DNA of 64,000 nt from Candidatus Omnitrophota bacterium (GCA_043821705.1 JBDRCN010000001.1:74133-138132); one strand, 5' to 3'; positions 52,447-62,751 are shown, counted from the stretch's first letter. Notes: generated from the letters alone by a model not told the origin. Made by a program: numbers and translations.

Positions 52447-54551
52447 AGATCGTCACTAAACTGACTTTATCTTTTTTGATAGTAGCTTCTTTAGTGCTGA
52501 TAGTAGGATATGTCAATGTAAATATAAGCCAAAAAGAATTAAAAGAGTCTATAGGTGAAAATTCCAGCATGCTTGCAAAAGAGACAATGGAAAGAATAGA
52601 CCAGTCTATTTATAGAATAGTACAGATAGTGAAGCTTTATAGCCACAGCATTTCACATATTGAAGAGCTTGAAATATCAAACCGCGAGTTTGATGAATTA
52701 GAAGATGTAGGTTTCTTTATAGATGTGATAGAGAAGGAGTGGGGATTACCTAAAAAAGACAACCAGACTACTTTTATGAAAGACCTTATCAATAATGACC
52801 TCTCAGCCCATCTTAGAGAAGATATGTGGCTTGATGCTAAGGGTAAAAAAGAGTATGGATTTACATCCGTGGTCGAGACATTTATTACAAATAAATACGG
52901 GGTTAATGCAGCGCAGACTGGAGCGACATCTGATTATTATCAAGCTGATGAAGAATGGTGGCAGGTCGCAAAAGAAAAAGGCCTTTACATAGGAGATGTA
53001 AAGTTTGATGCAAGCGCTGAAAGGTATGCTATTGATATATCTTCCAGCATAATAGACAGACATGGAAAATTCATGGGAATAATAAAGATGGTCCTTGGTA
53101 TAGAGGAAATAGTAAACATAGTGATTAGCCTGGAAGAGCAGGATAAGATTAAAGAAAAAAGCAGGTTTTATGCAATAAAATTAATTAATAAAGACGGGAA
53201 AGTTATTTATTCTACTGAAAAAGCAAGTTTTAAGATATTTGAAGAACTGGATAAGGATCTTTTGAAAACTATAAAAGAGAATGAGAAAAAAGGCTATTTA
53301 GTAAGAAAAGGAGATAAGTCGGGAGAAAGTGAAAGAATGTATTCTTTTTCATCGCAACATGGCTATAGAGATTTCAAAGGGTTTAACTGGATGTTAATAA
53401 TTGAAAGAGAAACAAAGGGTATTTTTGCGCAAGCTAAGAAAACAAGAAAAATTCTATTAGTATTTTCTTTTTTTGTGACAATAATAGCCATTATCCTAGG
53501 ATTTTTTATCTCTCGCACTGTTTCTATAGGCCTAATAAAACTTAGAAATGCAGCTACTGAGATCAGTAAGGGAGCATTTGATACCACGATAGATATCAAG
53601 TCAAAAGATGAGGTAGGAGAACTTGCTCTATCTTTCCGAAAGATGTCTGAGAGTTTAAAAGATAAGAAAAGATTACAGGAAACATGGACAGAGGAATTGG
53701 AAGAGAAGATAAAGGAAAGCACGCGCGAGATATCCGAATCCCAAGTAGCCACCCTAAATATGATGGAAGATCTACAGGGTGCATACAGTGAACTTAAAAA
53801 AGCCCAGTTTTCTTTGATACAGGCTGAGAAGATGGAAGGCATCGGAAGGATGGCAAGTGGTGTAGCTCATGAAGTAAAAAATCCATTAGGGATAGTTTTA
53901 CAGGGAGTGAACTTTTTAGAAAAAAATATTCCAAAATCACAAAAAGAAAACTATAAAGTCTTGGATCTTATAAAAAATAACATAAAAAGGGCTGATAATA
54001 TTGTTACAAACCTTGTTGATTTTTCAAAGGCTACGAAGCTAGAAACCGTGCCCGTAGATATAAATATTATAATAGAAGAGAGTCTATCCTTTGCCTTGCA
54101 CAATCTTAACGTTAAAGACATAGAAATCGTTAAAGAGTTTTCAGAAAACTTGCCAAAGGTGAAGGTAGATAGGATCAAGATAAGCCAGGTCTATGTAAAT
54201 TTAATCAGAAATGCTATACAGTCAATGATAGGAAAAGGAAAATTATTTCTTAGAACCTACGAGATTGTTTTAGAAAAACCTGAGGATGGTGTTGGAAGGC
54301 GCTTTAGAGATAATTTTGCAATAGGTGAAAAAGCAGTCGTGATTGAGATAGAAGATACGGGATGTGGTATTTCAGAAGATAATTTAGAAAAAATATTTGA
54401 GCCATTTTTTACTACTAAAGATCCTCAATCTGGTACAGGTTTAGGGCTAGCAATTACAAAAAATATAATTGATTTACATAGAGCGCATATAAATGTGGAG
54501 AGTGAACTTAAAAAAGGAACAAAGTTTTTTATATATCTAAAAGTAGCATAA
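52443..54551 (+). CDS. sensor histidine kinase: TM - periplasmic Cache-like domain - TM - HAMP - HisKA - HATPase_c
   Basis: H-box GVAHEVKNPL. N-box/G-boxes NLIRNAIQS, DTGCGI, GTGLGLAI. HAMP region LIKLRNAATEISKGAFDT. Confidence 0.9.
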   Translation: MKIVTKLTLSFLIVASLVLIVGYVNVNISQKELKESIGENSSMLAKETMERIDQSIYRIVQIVKLYSHSISHIEELEISNREFDELEDVGFFIDVIEKEWGLPKKDNQTTFMKDLINNDLSAHLREDMWLDAKGKKEYGFTSVVETFITNKYGVNAAQTGATSDYYQADEEWWQVAKEKGLYIGDVKFDASAERYAIDISSSIIDRHGKFMGIIKMVLGIEEIVNIVISLEEQDKIKEKSRFYAIKLINKDGKVIYSTEKASFKIFEELDKDLLKTIKENEKKGYLVRKGDKSGESERMYSFSSQHGYRDFKGFNWMLIIERETKGIFAQAKKTRKILLVFSFFVTIIAIILGFFISRTVSIGLIKLRNAATEISKGAFDTTIDIKSKDEVGELALSFRKMSESLKDKKRLQETWTEELEEKIKESTREISESQVATLNMMEDLQGAYSELKKAQFSLIQAEKMEGIGRMASGVAHEVKNPLGIVLQGVNFLEKNIPKSQKENYKVLDLIKNNIKRADNIVTNLVDFSKATKLETVPVDINIIIEESLSFALHNLNVKDIEIVKEFSENLPKVKVDRIKISQVYVNLIRNAIQSMIGKGKLFLRTYEIVLEKPEDGVGRRFRDNFAIGEKAVVIEIEDTGCGISEDNLEKIFEPFFTTKDPQSGTGLGLAITKNIIDLHRAHINVESELKKGTKFFIYLKVA

Positions 54552-54569
54552 AGATGAAGGAGATATATC

Positions 54570-54944
54570 ATGAAGAAAAAAATACTAGTTATTGACGATG
54601 AAAAAGATTTTTTAACAATAGTCAGCATGAACCTGGAGGAAACAGGTAAATATGAGGTCAAGACATCGGAGAATGCGAACAATATAATACAGTATTTACG
54701 CGATTTTAAGCCAGATCTAATACTTTTAGATCTTATGATGCCAGGAGTTGGAGGGTTATCAGCATGTGAGACGCTTAATAATGACGATGTAGGTAAAAAG
54801 ACGCCTATAATAATATTATCTGCACTTGATAAAGATAGAGATAAACTTGAGGCTTATAAAAAAGGCGTTGTGGATTATCTGGTAAAACCTATAGATAAAG
54901 ATGAGCTTATAAAAAAGATAGAAAAGGCATTAGAATATAAATAA
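54570..54944 (+). CDS. single-domain response regulator (CheY-like receiver)
   Basis: ILVIDDE ... DLILLDLMMPG (phospho-Asp) ... K motif. 124 aa with no output domain. Confidence 0.85.
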   Translation: MKKKILVIDDEKDFLTIVSMNLEETGKYEVKTSENANNIIQYLRDFKPDLILLDLMMPGVGGLSACETLNNDDVGKKTPIIILSALDKDRDKLEAYKKGVVDYLVKPIDKDELIKKIEKALEYK

Positions 54945-54956
54945 GGAGAATAAAAG

Positions 54957-55391
54957 ATGCCAATATTGATAAAAAGGAAAGGATTCACGCTCGTTGAGAT
55001 AATGATAGTAGTAGCTATTGTGTCTCTCTTAGCAGCCCTTGCGATACCAGGCTTATTACGGGCGAGGCTATCAGCTAGTGAGACAGCAGCAATAGCAAAT
55101 ACAAAGATCATAAGAGATGCGTGTATAAATTATCATTCTTCAAGGACTCCTCCTGATTATCCTCCGGATCTAGTTACCCTTGGTGCTGCAGTCCCGCAAT
55201 ATATTGACAGTGCACTTGCTGCAGCAATTGTCGGAGGACTAGCGAAACAAGGCTATAATTATGATTATAAAAGGACAAGCAATTTTAAATTTGAATGCAC
55301 AGCTATATCAGCTATTGCTGGAGGACGGCAATTTTTTGTCGATGAAGAGGGTGTTATAAAAATCAATGATGCTGCTGGCCCTGCGATCTAA
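54957..55391 (+). CDS. type IV pilin / pseudopilin-like protein (prepilin N-terminal methylation motif)
   Basis: KGFTLVEIMIVVAIVSLLAALAIPG class III signal peptide. Confidence 0.8.
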   Translation: MPILIKRKGFTLVEIMIVVAIVSLLAALAIPGLLRARLSASETAAIANTKIIRDACINYHSSRTPPDYPPDLVTLGAAVPQYIDSALAAAIVGGLAKQGYNYDYKRTSNFKFECTAISAIAGGRQFFVDEEGVIKINDAAGPAI

Positions 55392-55848
55392 TAATATTAT
55401 GCATAGATTTATTTTTCTATTTTTATTATCTTTTACTATTTCTTTTTTTACACAAAAAGAAGTTTTGTCTGATGAGATCGCTATAACCCAGGATGGCAGG
55501 CAGGTCCTCTTAAAGGACAATAAGACATGGGAATATCTGGTAGAAGAAGGTAATAGAAATGAAGTCATAAAGGTAGACCTGGATGTAAAAAGAGCGCTGA
55601 AACCTCTTATTATGCGCAGGGACAGGGCTTTTCAAGAATCCTTTGATCTGGAGATAGACTGGAATAGTAATAATCCTTTTGAGCTTGTATATAGGAGTAT
55701 AATGGAAGGCCTGTATTATGCAGCTACAAGACAGTCAAAAATAGATTTTACTAAAAAAGCAGAAAAGGCGTTTGGAAGCAAAACTAGCAAGAATCTTGTA
55801 TACTTGATAGAGAACTGGACATTATGGAGAGATGTTGTAAGCCAGTGA
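55366..55848 (+). CDS. secreted hypothetical protein
   Basis: Predicted signal peptide (internal Met at 55399 is the more likely start). No recognisable domain. Confidence 0.4.
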   Translation: MMLLALRSNNIMHRFIFLFLLSFTISFFTQKEVLSDEIAITQDGRQVLLKDNKTWEYLVEEGNRNEVIKVDLDVKRALKPLIMRRDRAFQESFDLEIDWNSNNPFELVYRSIMEGLYYAATRQSKIDFTKKAEKAFGSKTSKNLVYLIENWTLWRDVVSQ

Positions 55849-56858
55849 GAAAAAAGACAAAAGTCCTTTTATTATTTGATAGCCCTTATTTTACTCCTAG
55901 AGATTATAGTTTTAAAGAAGAGTTTAAAGATGAAGATTGGAAGACAGAGAAACATGTCTATAGGGCTTTACTAAGTAATGGTTATAAGGTACGCATCCTG
56001 GGCCTTTACAATGACATATTTATCCTGTTAGAAGAACTTGATGACCATAGGCCAGATATAGTCTTTAATCTTACAGAGGTCTTTAATAATAAGAGTCAAC
56101 TTGATAAGAATGTTGCATGGTTTTTGGAGATGCTTGACATACCTTATACAGGAGCGAACCCTTCTAATTTTTTAGTATGCAATAATAAAGCCTTAAGTAA
56201 AAAGATATTAAAGTTCCATGATATAAGGGTCCCTTATTTCCATTCATTTTATAGGGGACATAAGCTAAAACTCCCAAAAAAACTTTCTTTTCCATTGATA
56301 GTAAAACCATTGCATGAGGAAGCTTCCAGGGGCATAACACAGAGTTCAGTAGTAAATAATAGAAACTCTTTAGTCAAGAGAATAGGATATCTACATAAAA
56401 AGATGAACTCTGATGTGATAGTCGAGGAATATATAGATGGAAGAGAGTTTTATGTAAGTATATTAGGCACGAAAAATATAAAGGTCTTCCCGCCTATCGA
56501 GCTAAGATTTTCTAATGCCAAAAAAGCAAAAGAAAGGATAGCAAGCTATAGGGTAAAATGGGATAAGGAATACAGGAAAAGACTTGGTATAAAAGGCCAA
56601 TATGCTGGAAGGATAAGAAAAGATATTCTTAAAAAAATAGAGGATATTTCTAAAAAGGCTTATCGCGCATTAAATATAGATAGTTACGCGCGGTTTGACC
56701 TAAGGCTTGCGCCATCTTCTAAGGTGTATATATTAGAGGCGAATGCTAATCCATGTATTGCCAAGGATGAGGATTTTTCTGAGTCAGCTGAAAAAGCCAA
56801 GATACCTTACAATAAACTCATAAAAAAGATAATTTCACTTGGTTTTAATAGGATGTAG
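55824..56858 (+). CDS. D-Ala-D-Ala ligase-family ATP-grasp enzyme
   Basis: Ddl-like layout DIVFNL ... LDIPYTGANP ... PLIVKPLHEEASRGI ... with an ATP-grasp C-domain. Specificity is unknown. Confidence 0.65.
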   Translation: MERCCKPVRKKTKVLLLFDSPYFTPRDYSFKEEFKDEDWKTEKHVYRALLSNGYKVRILGLYNDIFILLEELDDHRPDIVFNLTEVFNNKSQLDKNVAWFLEMLDIPYTGANPSNFLVCNNKALSKKILKFHDIRVPYFHSFYRGHKLKLPKKLSFPLIVKPLHEEASRGITQSSVVNNRNSLVKRIGYLHKKMNSDVIVEEYIDGREFYVSILGTKNIKVFPPIELRFSNAKKAKERIASYRVKWDKEYRKRLGIKGQYAGRIRKDILKKIEDISKKAYRALNIDSYARFDLRLAPSSKVYILEANANPCIAKDEDFSESAEKAKIPYNKLIKKIISLGFNRM

Positions 56859-56882
56859 CTATCTGTAAAGCAAGGAGGTTTT

Positions 56883-57608
56883 ATGAATCTAGTACTATTT
56901 CTTACTGTGTTAATAGTTTCATTTATCGTAGTGCGCATAGGGGCTGTTGCCTTCGAATTGACAGGACTTGAGTGGTCTTTAGCCAAGTTTCAGGCTTTAT
57001 CCTGTTTTACAGGTACAGGATTTACTACTAAAGAATCAGAACTTATTACTGGCAATCCTCAGAGGAGACGCATAGCCTCTGCCTTGATCGTCTTTGGGCA
57101 TGCAGGACTTGTGACCCTGATAGCAACGTTTGCAAACTCTTTAAGGCCAGATGCGCTTCTCCCTAAAGTGAGAATAGCTGCATTAGACTCTATATTTCCA
57201 GTTTCAGTATTGCCATTGGCTAATATGCTTATATTTGTCCTGGCGCTTTTTCTTATCTATCGTATTTTTTCAAACAGCAGACTTGCAACATTCTTTACGA
57301 ATATCTTGAGAAGACGGATCGCGAAACAAGGCAATATTAAACGCGTTACGTTTGAAGAGTTAGTAGTAGCAACAGGAGGCTATGGTGTAAGTAAGATAGA
57401 GATATGCGAAGATAGCCCGATACTTAATAAAAACCTGATAGACTCAGGGCTAAGAAAACACGATGTATCAGTCCTCGCAGTAGATAGGGAGGGGACGACA
57501 CTGCCTAATCCTCCTGCTAATATGAAAATACTTCTAGGGGATAAATTGATCTGCTTTGGAAGGCTTGGGGATATGAGAGATAAGTTATGCGGGAACGCAG
57601 CACAATAA
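56883..57608 (+). CDS. membrane protein with C-terminal TrkA-C (RCK_C) domain, ion-channel-like
   Basis: Two to three TM helices plus a TrkA-C-like region VSKIEICEDSPILNKNL...LLGDKLICFG. Confidence 0.5.
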   Translation: MNLVLFLTVLIVSFIVVRIGAVAFELTGLEWSLAKFQALSCFTGTGFTTKESELITGNPQRRRIASALIVFGHAGLVTLIATFANSLRPDALLPKVRIAALDSIFPVSVLPLANMLIFVLALFLIYRIFSNSRLATFFTNILRRRIAKQGNIKRVTFEELVVATGGYGVSKIEICEDSPILNKNLIDSGLRKHDVSVLAVDREGTTLPNPPANMKILLGDKLICFGRLGDMRDKLCGNAAQ

Positions 57609-57796
57609 AAAAAGAGATCTGTCCTAATTGTAAAAGAGAGATAATCGATGATGAAGCCCTCAGGTGTCTATATTGCGGGGAAAGTCTTGATAGGCCATTT
57701 GGTTTTATGGGAAAGATCAGGTATCAGAAGCCAAAAATAATGCTAGTAATACTTATAGGAGTAGTGTTATTATGCTTTTTTATGTTTATGAGGTAA
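57587..57796 (+). CDS. small zinc-ribbon protein with C-terminal TM helix
   Basis: CPNC...CLYC followed by a hydrophobic helix. 69 aa. Confidence 0.35.
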   Translation: MRERSTIKKEICPNCKREIIDDEALRCLYCGESLDRPFGFMGKIRYQKPKIMLVILIGVVLLCFFMFMR

Positions 57797-57809
57797 AAAG
57801 GGGATAGAT

Positions 57810-58532
57810 ATGAATAAAGACAAGATGTTCCTGTATGGTAAAAATTCTATATTAGAGCGCCTAAAAGTAAACCCAGGGAGCGTAAAAAAGGTATACCTCC
57901 AGGATAACTTTGATATAGGTGAGATATTGAAGTTGGTAAAGAAAAACAACATCCCATCAGAACGCGTAAGTGAAAGAGGATTAGAAAAGATAAAAAGAGC
58001 TGCAAGATTGCAGGGAATAATAGCAGAGGTAGAAAGATTCATTTATACTGATTTTGATAAATTATTAGATGGGAAATTGTCGATCATTTTTTTAGATAAC
58101 CTGAATGATCCACATAATCTTGGTTCTATTGTGAGAATTGCAGCTTGTTTTGGAGGATTCGGCCTAGTGATACCTAAACATAGGTCCTGTGAAGTGACAG
58201 ATGCTGTGATGCATGTCTCTTCAGGCGGGGAAAATTTTGTACCTATCTCTCTTGTGACGAATATAACAAGCGCCCTGATGAAGGCAAAACAATCTGGTTA
58301 CTGGGTCGTGGGAGCTACAGTGGACAATGGTGAAGATATCACAAAGGCGGATCTTCCATATCCGCTCTGTCTTGTGCTCGGATCAGAGGGTAGAGGCATC
58401 AGGCACGGCATAGAAAAGCATCTCGACAAGAGAGTGACCATCCCTATGAAAGGGAAAGATCTTTCTTTTAACGTGGCTATGGCAGGAGCTATATTTTGCC
58501 ATGAGATCAGTAATAGAAGAAAAGAGCAATGA
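57810..58532 (+). CDS. rlmB: SpoU/TrmH-family 23S rRNA (guanosine-2'-O)-methyltransferase
   Basis: N-terminal substrate-binding domain (FLYGKNSILERL) plus SPOUT motifs (DNLNDPHNLGSIVR, LVLGSEGRGI). Confidence 0.85.
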   Translation: MNKDKMFLYGKNSILERLKVNPGSVKKVYLQDNFDIGEILKLVKKNNIPSERVSERGLEKIKRAARLQGIIAEVERFIYTDFDKLLDGKLSIIFLDNLNDPHNLGSIVRIAACFGGFGLVIPKHRSCEVTDAVMHVSSGGENFVPISLVTNITSALMKAKQSGYWVVGATVDNGEDITKADLPYPLCLVLGSEGRGIRHGIEKHLDKRVTIPMKGKDLSFNVAMAGAIFCHEISNRRKEQ

Positions 58533-59113
58533 ATAAGAAAAAAGATAATGACCTATTAAATTTTATATCTGAAGCTGGCATGCTTAAATCTATAAGGCGT
58601 TCTGGTTGGGGAGTCTTAGGTATAAAAGATCCAGAGACTGTAGCAGAGCATAGTTTTAGATGTAGCGCTCTAGGATACATACTAGCTTCTATGGAAGGGG
58701 TTTTCCCTTATAAAGTGATGCTTATGACGCTTTTTAATGATATACATGAAGCGCGCATTGGCGATCTACATAAGATGTCACAGCATTACATAGATTCAGA
58801 AAAGATAGAAGACAAAGTCTTTTATTCACAGATAAAGAGCCTCCCTAAAAATATGAAAGAAGAATTAAAAAAATTACATATTGAATACAGGCGCCAGAAG
58901 TCAATTGAGTCAATTATAGCAAGGGATGCTGATATATTAGAGTGTCTTATCCAGGCAAGAGAATATTATATACATGGATTTAAAGAAGCTAAAAAATTTA
59001 TGAAAAAAGCACCTAACTTTTTGAAGACAAAAAGTGCTAAGAGACTTTGGGCTTTAGCTAAAAAGACTGATTTAAATAAGTGGTGGATGGAATTGAGCAG
59101 TTTTAAGAGATAG
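58529..59113 (+). CDS. HD-domain phosphohydrolase (YfbR-like 5'-deoxynucleotidase family)
   Basis: H...HD...D motifs (VAEHSFR, DIHEARIGDLH, ARDADILE). Confidence 0.7.
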   Translation: MNKKKDNDLLNFISEAGMLKSIRRSGWGVLGIKDPETVAEHSFRCSALGYILASMEGVFPYKVMLMTLFNDIHEARIGDLHKMSQHYIDSEKIEDKVFYSQIKSLPKNMKEELKKLHIEYRRQKSIESIIARDADILECLIQAREYYIHGFKEAKKFMKKAPNFLKTKSAKRLWALAKKTDLNKWWMELSSFKR

Positions 59114-59236
59114 TTATAATGACAAATTTCAAATGTCAAATCAATTACTCAAATTCCAATATCAAATTGGAAATTTTTAATTTGGGATTTATTTGGATTT
59201 TGTCATTAGTCATTTGGTATTAAATAAGGGGGGGAT
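59114..59236. promoter_or_regulatory. AT-rich control region with nested palindromes and reiterated TCAAAT/CAAAT motifs
   Basis: AATGACAAATTTCAAAT pairs imperfectly with ATTTGGATTTTGTCATT (13 of 17). TTCCAAT atcaa ATTGGAA is a short palindrome. CAAAT recurs at least 5 times. A -10-like TATTAA element precedes the aldolase ATG. Confidence 0.4.
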
Positions 59237-60181
59237 ATGTATAGAGAGAAGATAAAGGTTTTGGATTGTACTATTCGTGATGGAGGGCTAATAAATAACC
59301 ATGACTTTGACCTTAAGTTCGTCAGGGCAGTTTATAAAGCCCTGACAGACGCAAATGTCGATTACATAGAGTTAGGATATAAGAACTCAAAAAAATTCTT
59401 TTCATCCAAGGAATACGGTTTATGGAAATTTTGTGAAGATGATGTGATAAAACAGGTAAAAGAGGGGATAGAATCTGAGACAAAGGTCTCTGTCATGGTA
59501 GATATAGGCAGGGTAGATATAGACGATGTAAAACCTGCGAGTGAAAGTCCAGTGGATATGATAAGAGTAGCTAGTTATGTAAAAGATATTGATAAAGCTA
59601 TAGCTATGGTGAATCATTTTAATGAGAAAGGCTATGAGACGACAATAAACATAATGGCTATTTCGCGGGACCAAGGCATAGAACTGGAAGAAGCGCTTCA
59701 CCAGATAGAAGAAGAGTGTAGAGCTGATGTGATATATATAGTGGACAGCTTTGGCTCATTATATCAGGAGACAACAGAACATCTTGTAAAGCTCTTCAAG
59801 GATATCTTAAAGACCAAGGAAGTTGGTTTTCATGGGCATAATCATCAGCAGCTGGCATTTGGCAATACAATAGAAGCGATAATACATGATGCAAATTATC
59901 TGGATGCCACAGTGTATGGCATAGGAAGAGCTGCTGGGAATTGCCCGCTTGAACTTTTAGTAGGATTTTTGAAGAATCCTAAATTTGATATACGTCCTAT
60001 ACTAGATCTTATATCTAAAGAATTCATACCGCTACGAAATAAAATAGAATGGGGTTATATAATCCCTTATGCTATATCAGGCATGATGAATGAGCATCCA
60101 AAAGCAGCTATGGCGCTTCGTAACAGCGAGAAAAAAGAAAACTACAGGGAATTTTACGAAAGCCTTAAAAGTATTGACTGA
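59237..60181 (+). CDS. HMGL-like (DRE-TIM metallolyase) family aldolase/lyase
   Basis: N-terminal VLDCTIRDGG motif of the pyruvate-carboxyltransferase/HMGL-like fold. Specificity is unknown. Confidence 0.55.
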   Translation: MYREKIKVLDCTIRDGGLINNHDFDLKFVRAVYKALTDANVDYIELGYKNSKKFFSSKEYGLWKFCEDDVIKQVKEGIESETKVSVMVDIGRVDIDDVKPASESPVDMIRVASYVKDIDKAIAMVNHFNEKGYETTINIMAISRDQGIELEEALHQIEEECRADVIYIVDSFGSLYQETTEHLVKLFKDILKTKEVGFHGHNHQQLAFGNTIEAIIHDANYLDATVYGIGRAAGNCPLELLVGFLKNPKFDIRPILDLISKEFIPLRNKIEWGYIIPYAISGMMNEHPKAAMALRNSEKKENYREFYESLKSID

Positions 60182-60190
60182 TCTATTTAT

Positions 60191-60823
60191 ATGAATGTAC
60201 CTGATTTTAAAAAACTTCCTATAATGGGCATTTTAAGAGGTATTGATAAAACTATATTAAGGCTCCTCACAGAGACTATGATCTCTTCAGGCCTTAAGAC
60301 AGTAGAGCTAGCGATGAATACAAAAGATGCTCATTTATTAATAAAAGACATGGTTCGTCTTGCAAATAAAAAACTCACCATAGGAGCTGGTACAGTCCTG
60401 ACCAAAGATGACCTGAAAAAGGCTCTAGATAGCGGGGCAAGTTTTATTGTCATGCCCATAGCAAAAGAAGATGTAGTAAGAGAATGTGTTAAGAAGAATA
60501 TACCTGTTTTTCCTGGCGCATTCACACCGACAGAGATATACAATGCTTGGTCCATGGGTGCTACTATGGTAAAGGTGTTTCCAGCTAAATTTTTTGGGCC
60601 GTCATATCTTAAAGAGATAAAAGCGCCTTTTAATGATATTTTGTTTTTAGCATGCGGCGGAGTGACCCCGGAGAACATAAAGGAATTCTTCCAAAACGGG
60701 GCTTCAGGAGCAGCTTTTGGTGGGAACATATTTAAAAAACAGTGGATGAATAAAGATAACATCTGTTTCATAGAAGAGAACATAAAAAACTTGATAGCTA
60801 ATTTTAAAGAATCGAATAGATGA
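60191..60823 (+). CDS. eda: KDPG / 4-hydroxy-2-oxoglutarate aldolase
   Basis: Eda family pattern (ILRG ... GAGTVLT ... VKVFPA ... ACGGV). 210 aa. Confidence 0.75.
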   Translation: MNVPDFKKLPIMGILRGIDKTILRLLTETMISSGLKTVELAMNTKDAHLLIKDMVRLANKKLTIGAGTVLTKDDLKKALDSGASFIVMPIAKEDVVRECVKKNIPVFPGAFTPTEIYNAWSMGATMVKVFPAKFFGPSYLKEIKAPFNDILFLACGGVTPENIKEFFQNGASGAAFGGNIFKKQWMNKDNICFIEENIKNLIANFKESNR

Positions 60824-61608
60824 ATAAAAGAATAATCATACCAGCAATATCCATTCTCGTTCTAATAGTTTTAATATTTGCCATTAGAAACTTCAAAGAA
60901 GGGAAAACCCCTATAGTCAAAGGACCAGGTGCTTTGATCGCCATTGTAATAGATGACTGGGGATATAATACTAAAAATCTAGAGACGATCTTAGAGATAG
61001 ATGTGCCGCTGACTATTTCTATCCTGCCACGCCTATATTTTTCAAAAGATGTACTAGAGCAGGTAAAGAAAAGAGGAGATTTTCATGATATCCTTCTTCA
61101 TCTTCCTCTGGAATCTAAAAGCGGCAATGCTGCAGAAAAAAATACCATAAAGACGGATATGGAAAAAGAGGATATAGTTAAGATCTTAACCCAGGATATT
61201 GACTCTCTTCCAGGGCTATCAGGAATTTCCAATCATCAAGGTTCAAAGGCTACTGAGGATGTCAGGTTAATGGCCATAATCTTCGATGAACTTAAGAAAA
61301 GAGACCTGTTTTTTCTAGACAGCATTACTTCGCCTAGATCAGTATGTACTGATCTAGCACGTAAAGTTGGGATAAAGAGCATTGAAAGAGACGTGTTTTT
61401 AGACATCACAGACCAGACAGATAAAGAGAACTTCGAGGTTTATGTTAAAGGGCAGATGAGAGAATTGATCAGTATTGCTTTAAAAAAAGGAAGGGCTGTA
61501 GGCATAGGGCATAATATAGATGTGACTTTTAAAGTAATAGAAGATGCTATACCTGAATTAGAGAAAAAAGGAATAAGAGTAGTGCCTTTAAGTGAACTAG
61601 TGAGGTGA
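60820..61608 (+). CDS. divergent polysaccharide deacetylase (YibQ-like)
   Basis: Signal/TM anchor followed by AIVIDDWGYN ... LLHLPLE ... NHQGS. Confidence 0.7.
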   Translation: MNKRIIIPAISILVLIVLIFAIRNFKEGKTPIVKGPGALIAIVIDDWGYNTKNLETILEIDVPLTISILPRLYFSKDVLEQVKKRGDFHDILLHLPLESKSGNAAEKNTIKTDMEKEDIVKILTQDIDSLPGLSGISNHQGSKATEDVRLMAIIFDELKKRDLFFLDSITSPRSVCTDLARKVGIKSIERDVFLDITDQTDKENFEVYVKGQMRELISIALKKGRAVGIGHNIDVTFKVIEDAIPELEKKGIRVVPLSELVR

Positions 61609-61609
61609 T

Positions 61610-62386
61610 ATGAAAAACAATATTCTTTTACTCAGCTTGATATTATTGCTAGGACTTACAGGATGCGCTAGGGCTCCCAGAAGTACTGATATATTGCAGA
61701 CAATAGAACCTTATCCTATCGGAGGGGAGCATATCATAACAGCTCCTGATGTGGCTAGGACAAATGTTTACCATGAAGTAGGTCCAGGAGAGACAGTGTG
61801 GCGCATAAGCAAGATGTATGATGTCAAGATAGAAAGCATAGCGAATGTCAACAACATCGCTGATATTACAAAATTAGAAAAAGGCCAGAAGTTGCTCATA
61901 CCGGATGCTGCGCCTCTTAGGGCAGTTGTCCCCCTTTGGCCTTCTAAAAAATGGAAATATATAATAATACACCATTCAGCGACAGATGTTGGGAATGCCC
62001 TGAGTTTTGATTATGTGCATTCTAATAAAAGAAAATGGAAAGGCCTAGGGTATCACTTTGTAATAGATAATGGTACATCAGGAAAAGAGGATGGCCAGGT
62101 AGAAGTATCTCCCAGGTGGATACACCAGGAGGATGGTGCGCATTGTAAGGCAGGGGACATGAACTGCAGGTCCATAGGCATATGCCTTGTAGGAAATTTC
62201 AGTGAGGACAAGGTATCTAAAAAACAGATGGATTCTCTTGCCTGGCTTGTAAATAAATTAAGAAAAGAATATAGCATCCCTGAATCCCGCATATTAGGCC
62301 ATAGTGATGTAAAAGGCGCTTCTACAGAATGTCCTGGTACCAGGTTCCCATGGAATGATTTTAGGTACAAATTACGCAGGTATTGA
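61610..62386 (+). CDS. lipoprotein with LysM domain + N-acetylmuramoyl-L-alanine amidase (Amidase_2/PGRP) domain
   Basis: Lipobox LTGC. LysM region YHEVGPGETVWRISKMY...KGQKLLIP. Amidase_2 zinc ligands IIIHHSA ... HSD ... ECPG. Confidence 0.8.
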   Translation: MKNNILLLSLILLLGLTGCARAPRSTDILQTIEPYPIGGEHIITAPDVARTNVYHEVGPGETVWRISKMYDVKIESIANVNNIADITKLEKGQKLLIPDAAPLRAVVPLWPSKKWKYIIIHHSATDVGNALSFDYVHSNKRKWKGLGYHFVIDNGTSGKEDGQVEVSPRWIHQEDGAHCKAGDMNCRSIGICLVGNFSEDKVSKKQMDSLAWLVNKLRKEYSIPESRILGHSDVKGASTECPGTRFPWNDFRYKLRRY

Positions 62387-62421
62387 ATAATTAAAATAAG
62401 TGTGCTACACTCTTACTAAAT

Positions 62422-62751
62422 ATGGATATAGATTTTTATAGTTTAAAGGCTGCATTTTTTACTAACCTTGAAAGACTCAAGGACTTCGAGTTCTCTGTAT
62501 CTAACCCACTATTCTGGATATTTCTTCTTATAGCATTTTTAATCCTTCTCATATTTTGGACTGCAAAAAAATCTTTTTCCTTTTGTTCGGTCGTGGGCAT
62601 TGTATTACTAGCTGCCACACAAGCAGAGAGTTATGTCGGAAAGATCTTTGTCAGCCCCGAAGATACGTTCGACCCTTTATTTATCAGGATCATAACTACT
62701 ATTATCATCGCACTGGTCGCTTTATATTATTTTTTTATGATGGAAGATTAA
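62422..62751 (+). CDS. small membrane protein, hypothetical
   Basis: Three hydrophobic helices. No homology recognised. Confidence 0.3.
   Translation: MDIDFYSLKAAFFTNLERLKDFEFSVSNPLFWIFLLIAFLILLIFWTAKKSFSFCSVVGIVLLAATQAESYVGKIFVSPEDTFDPLFIRIITTIIIALVALYYFFMMED

Noticed and set aside
56883-57608. Potassium channel assignment based on a TGTGF segment
   Set aside because: The segment does not match the T(V/I)GYG selectivity filter. Only the TrkA-C-like C-terminal domain is supported, so the protein is called a generic TrkA-C membrane protein.
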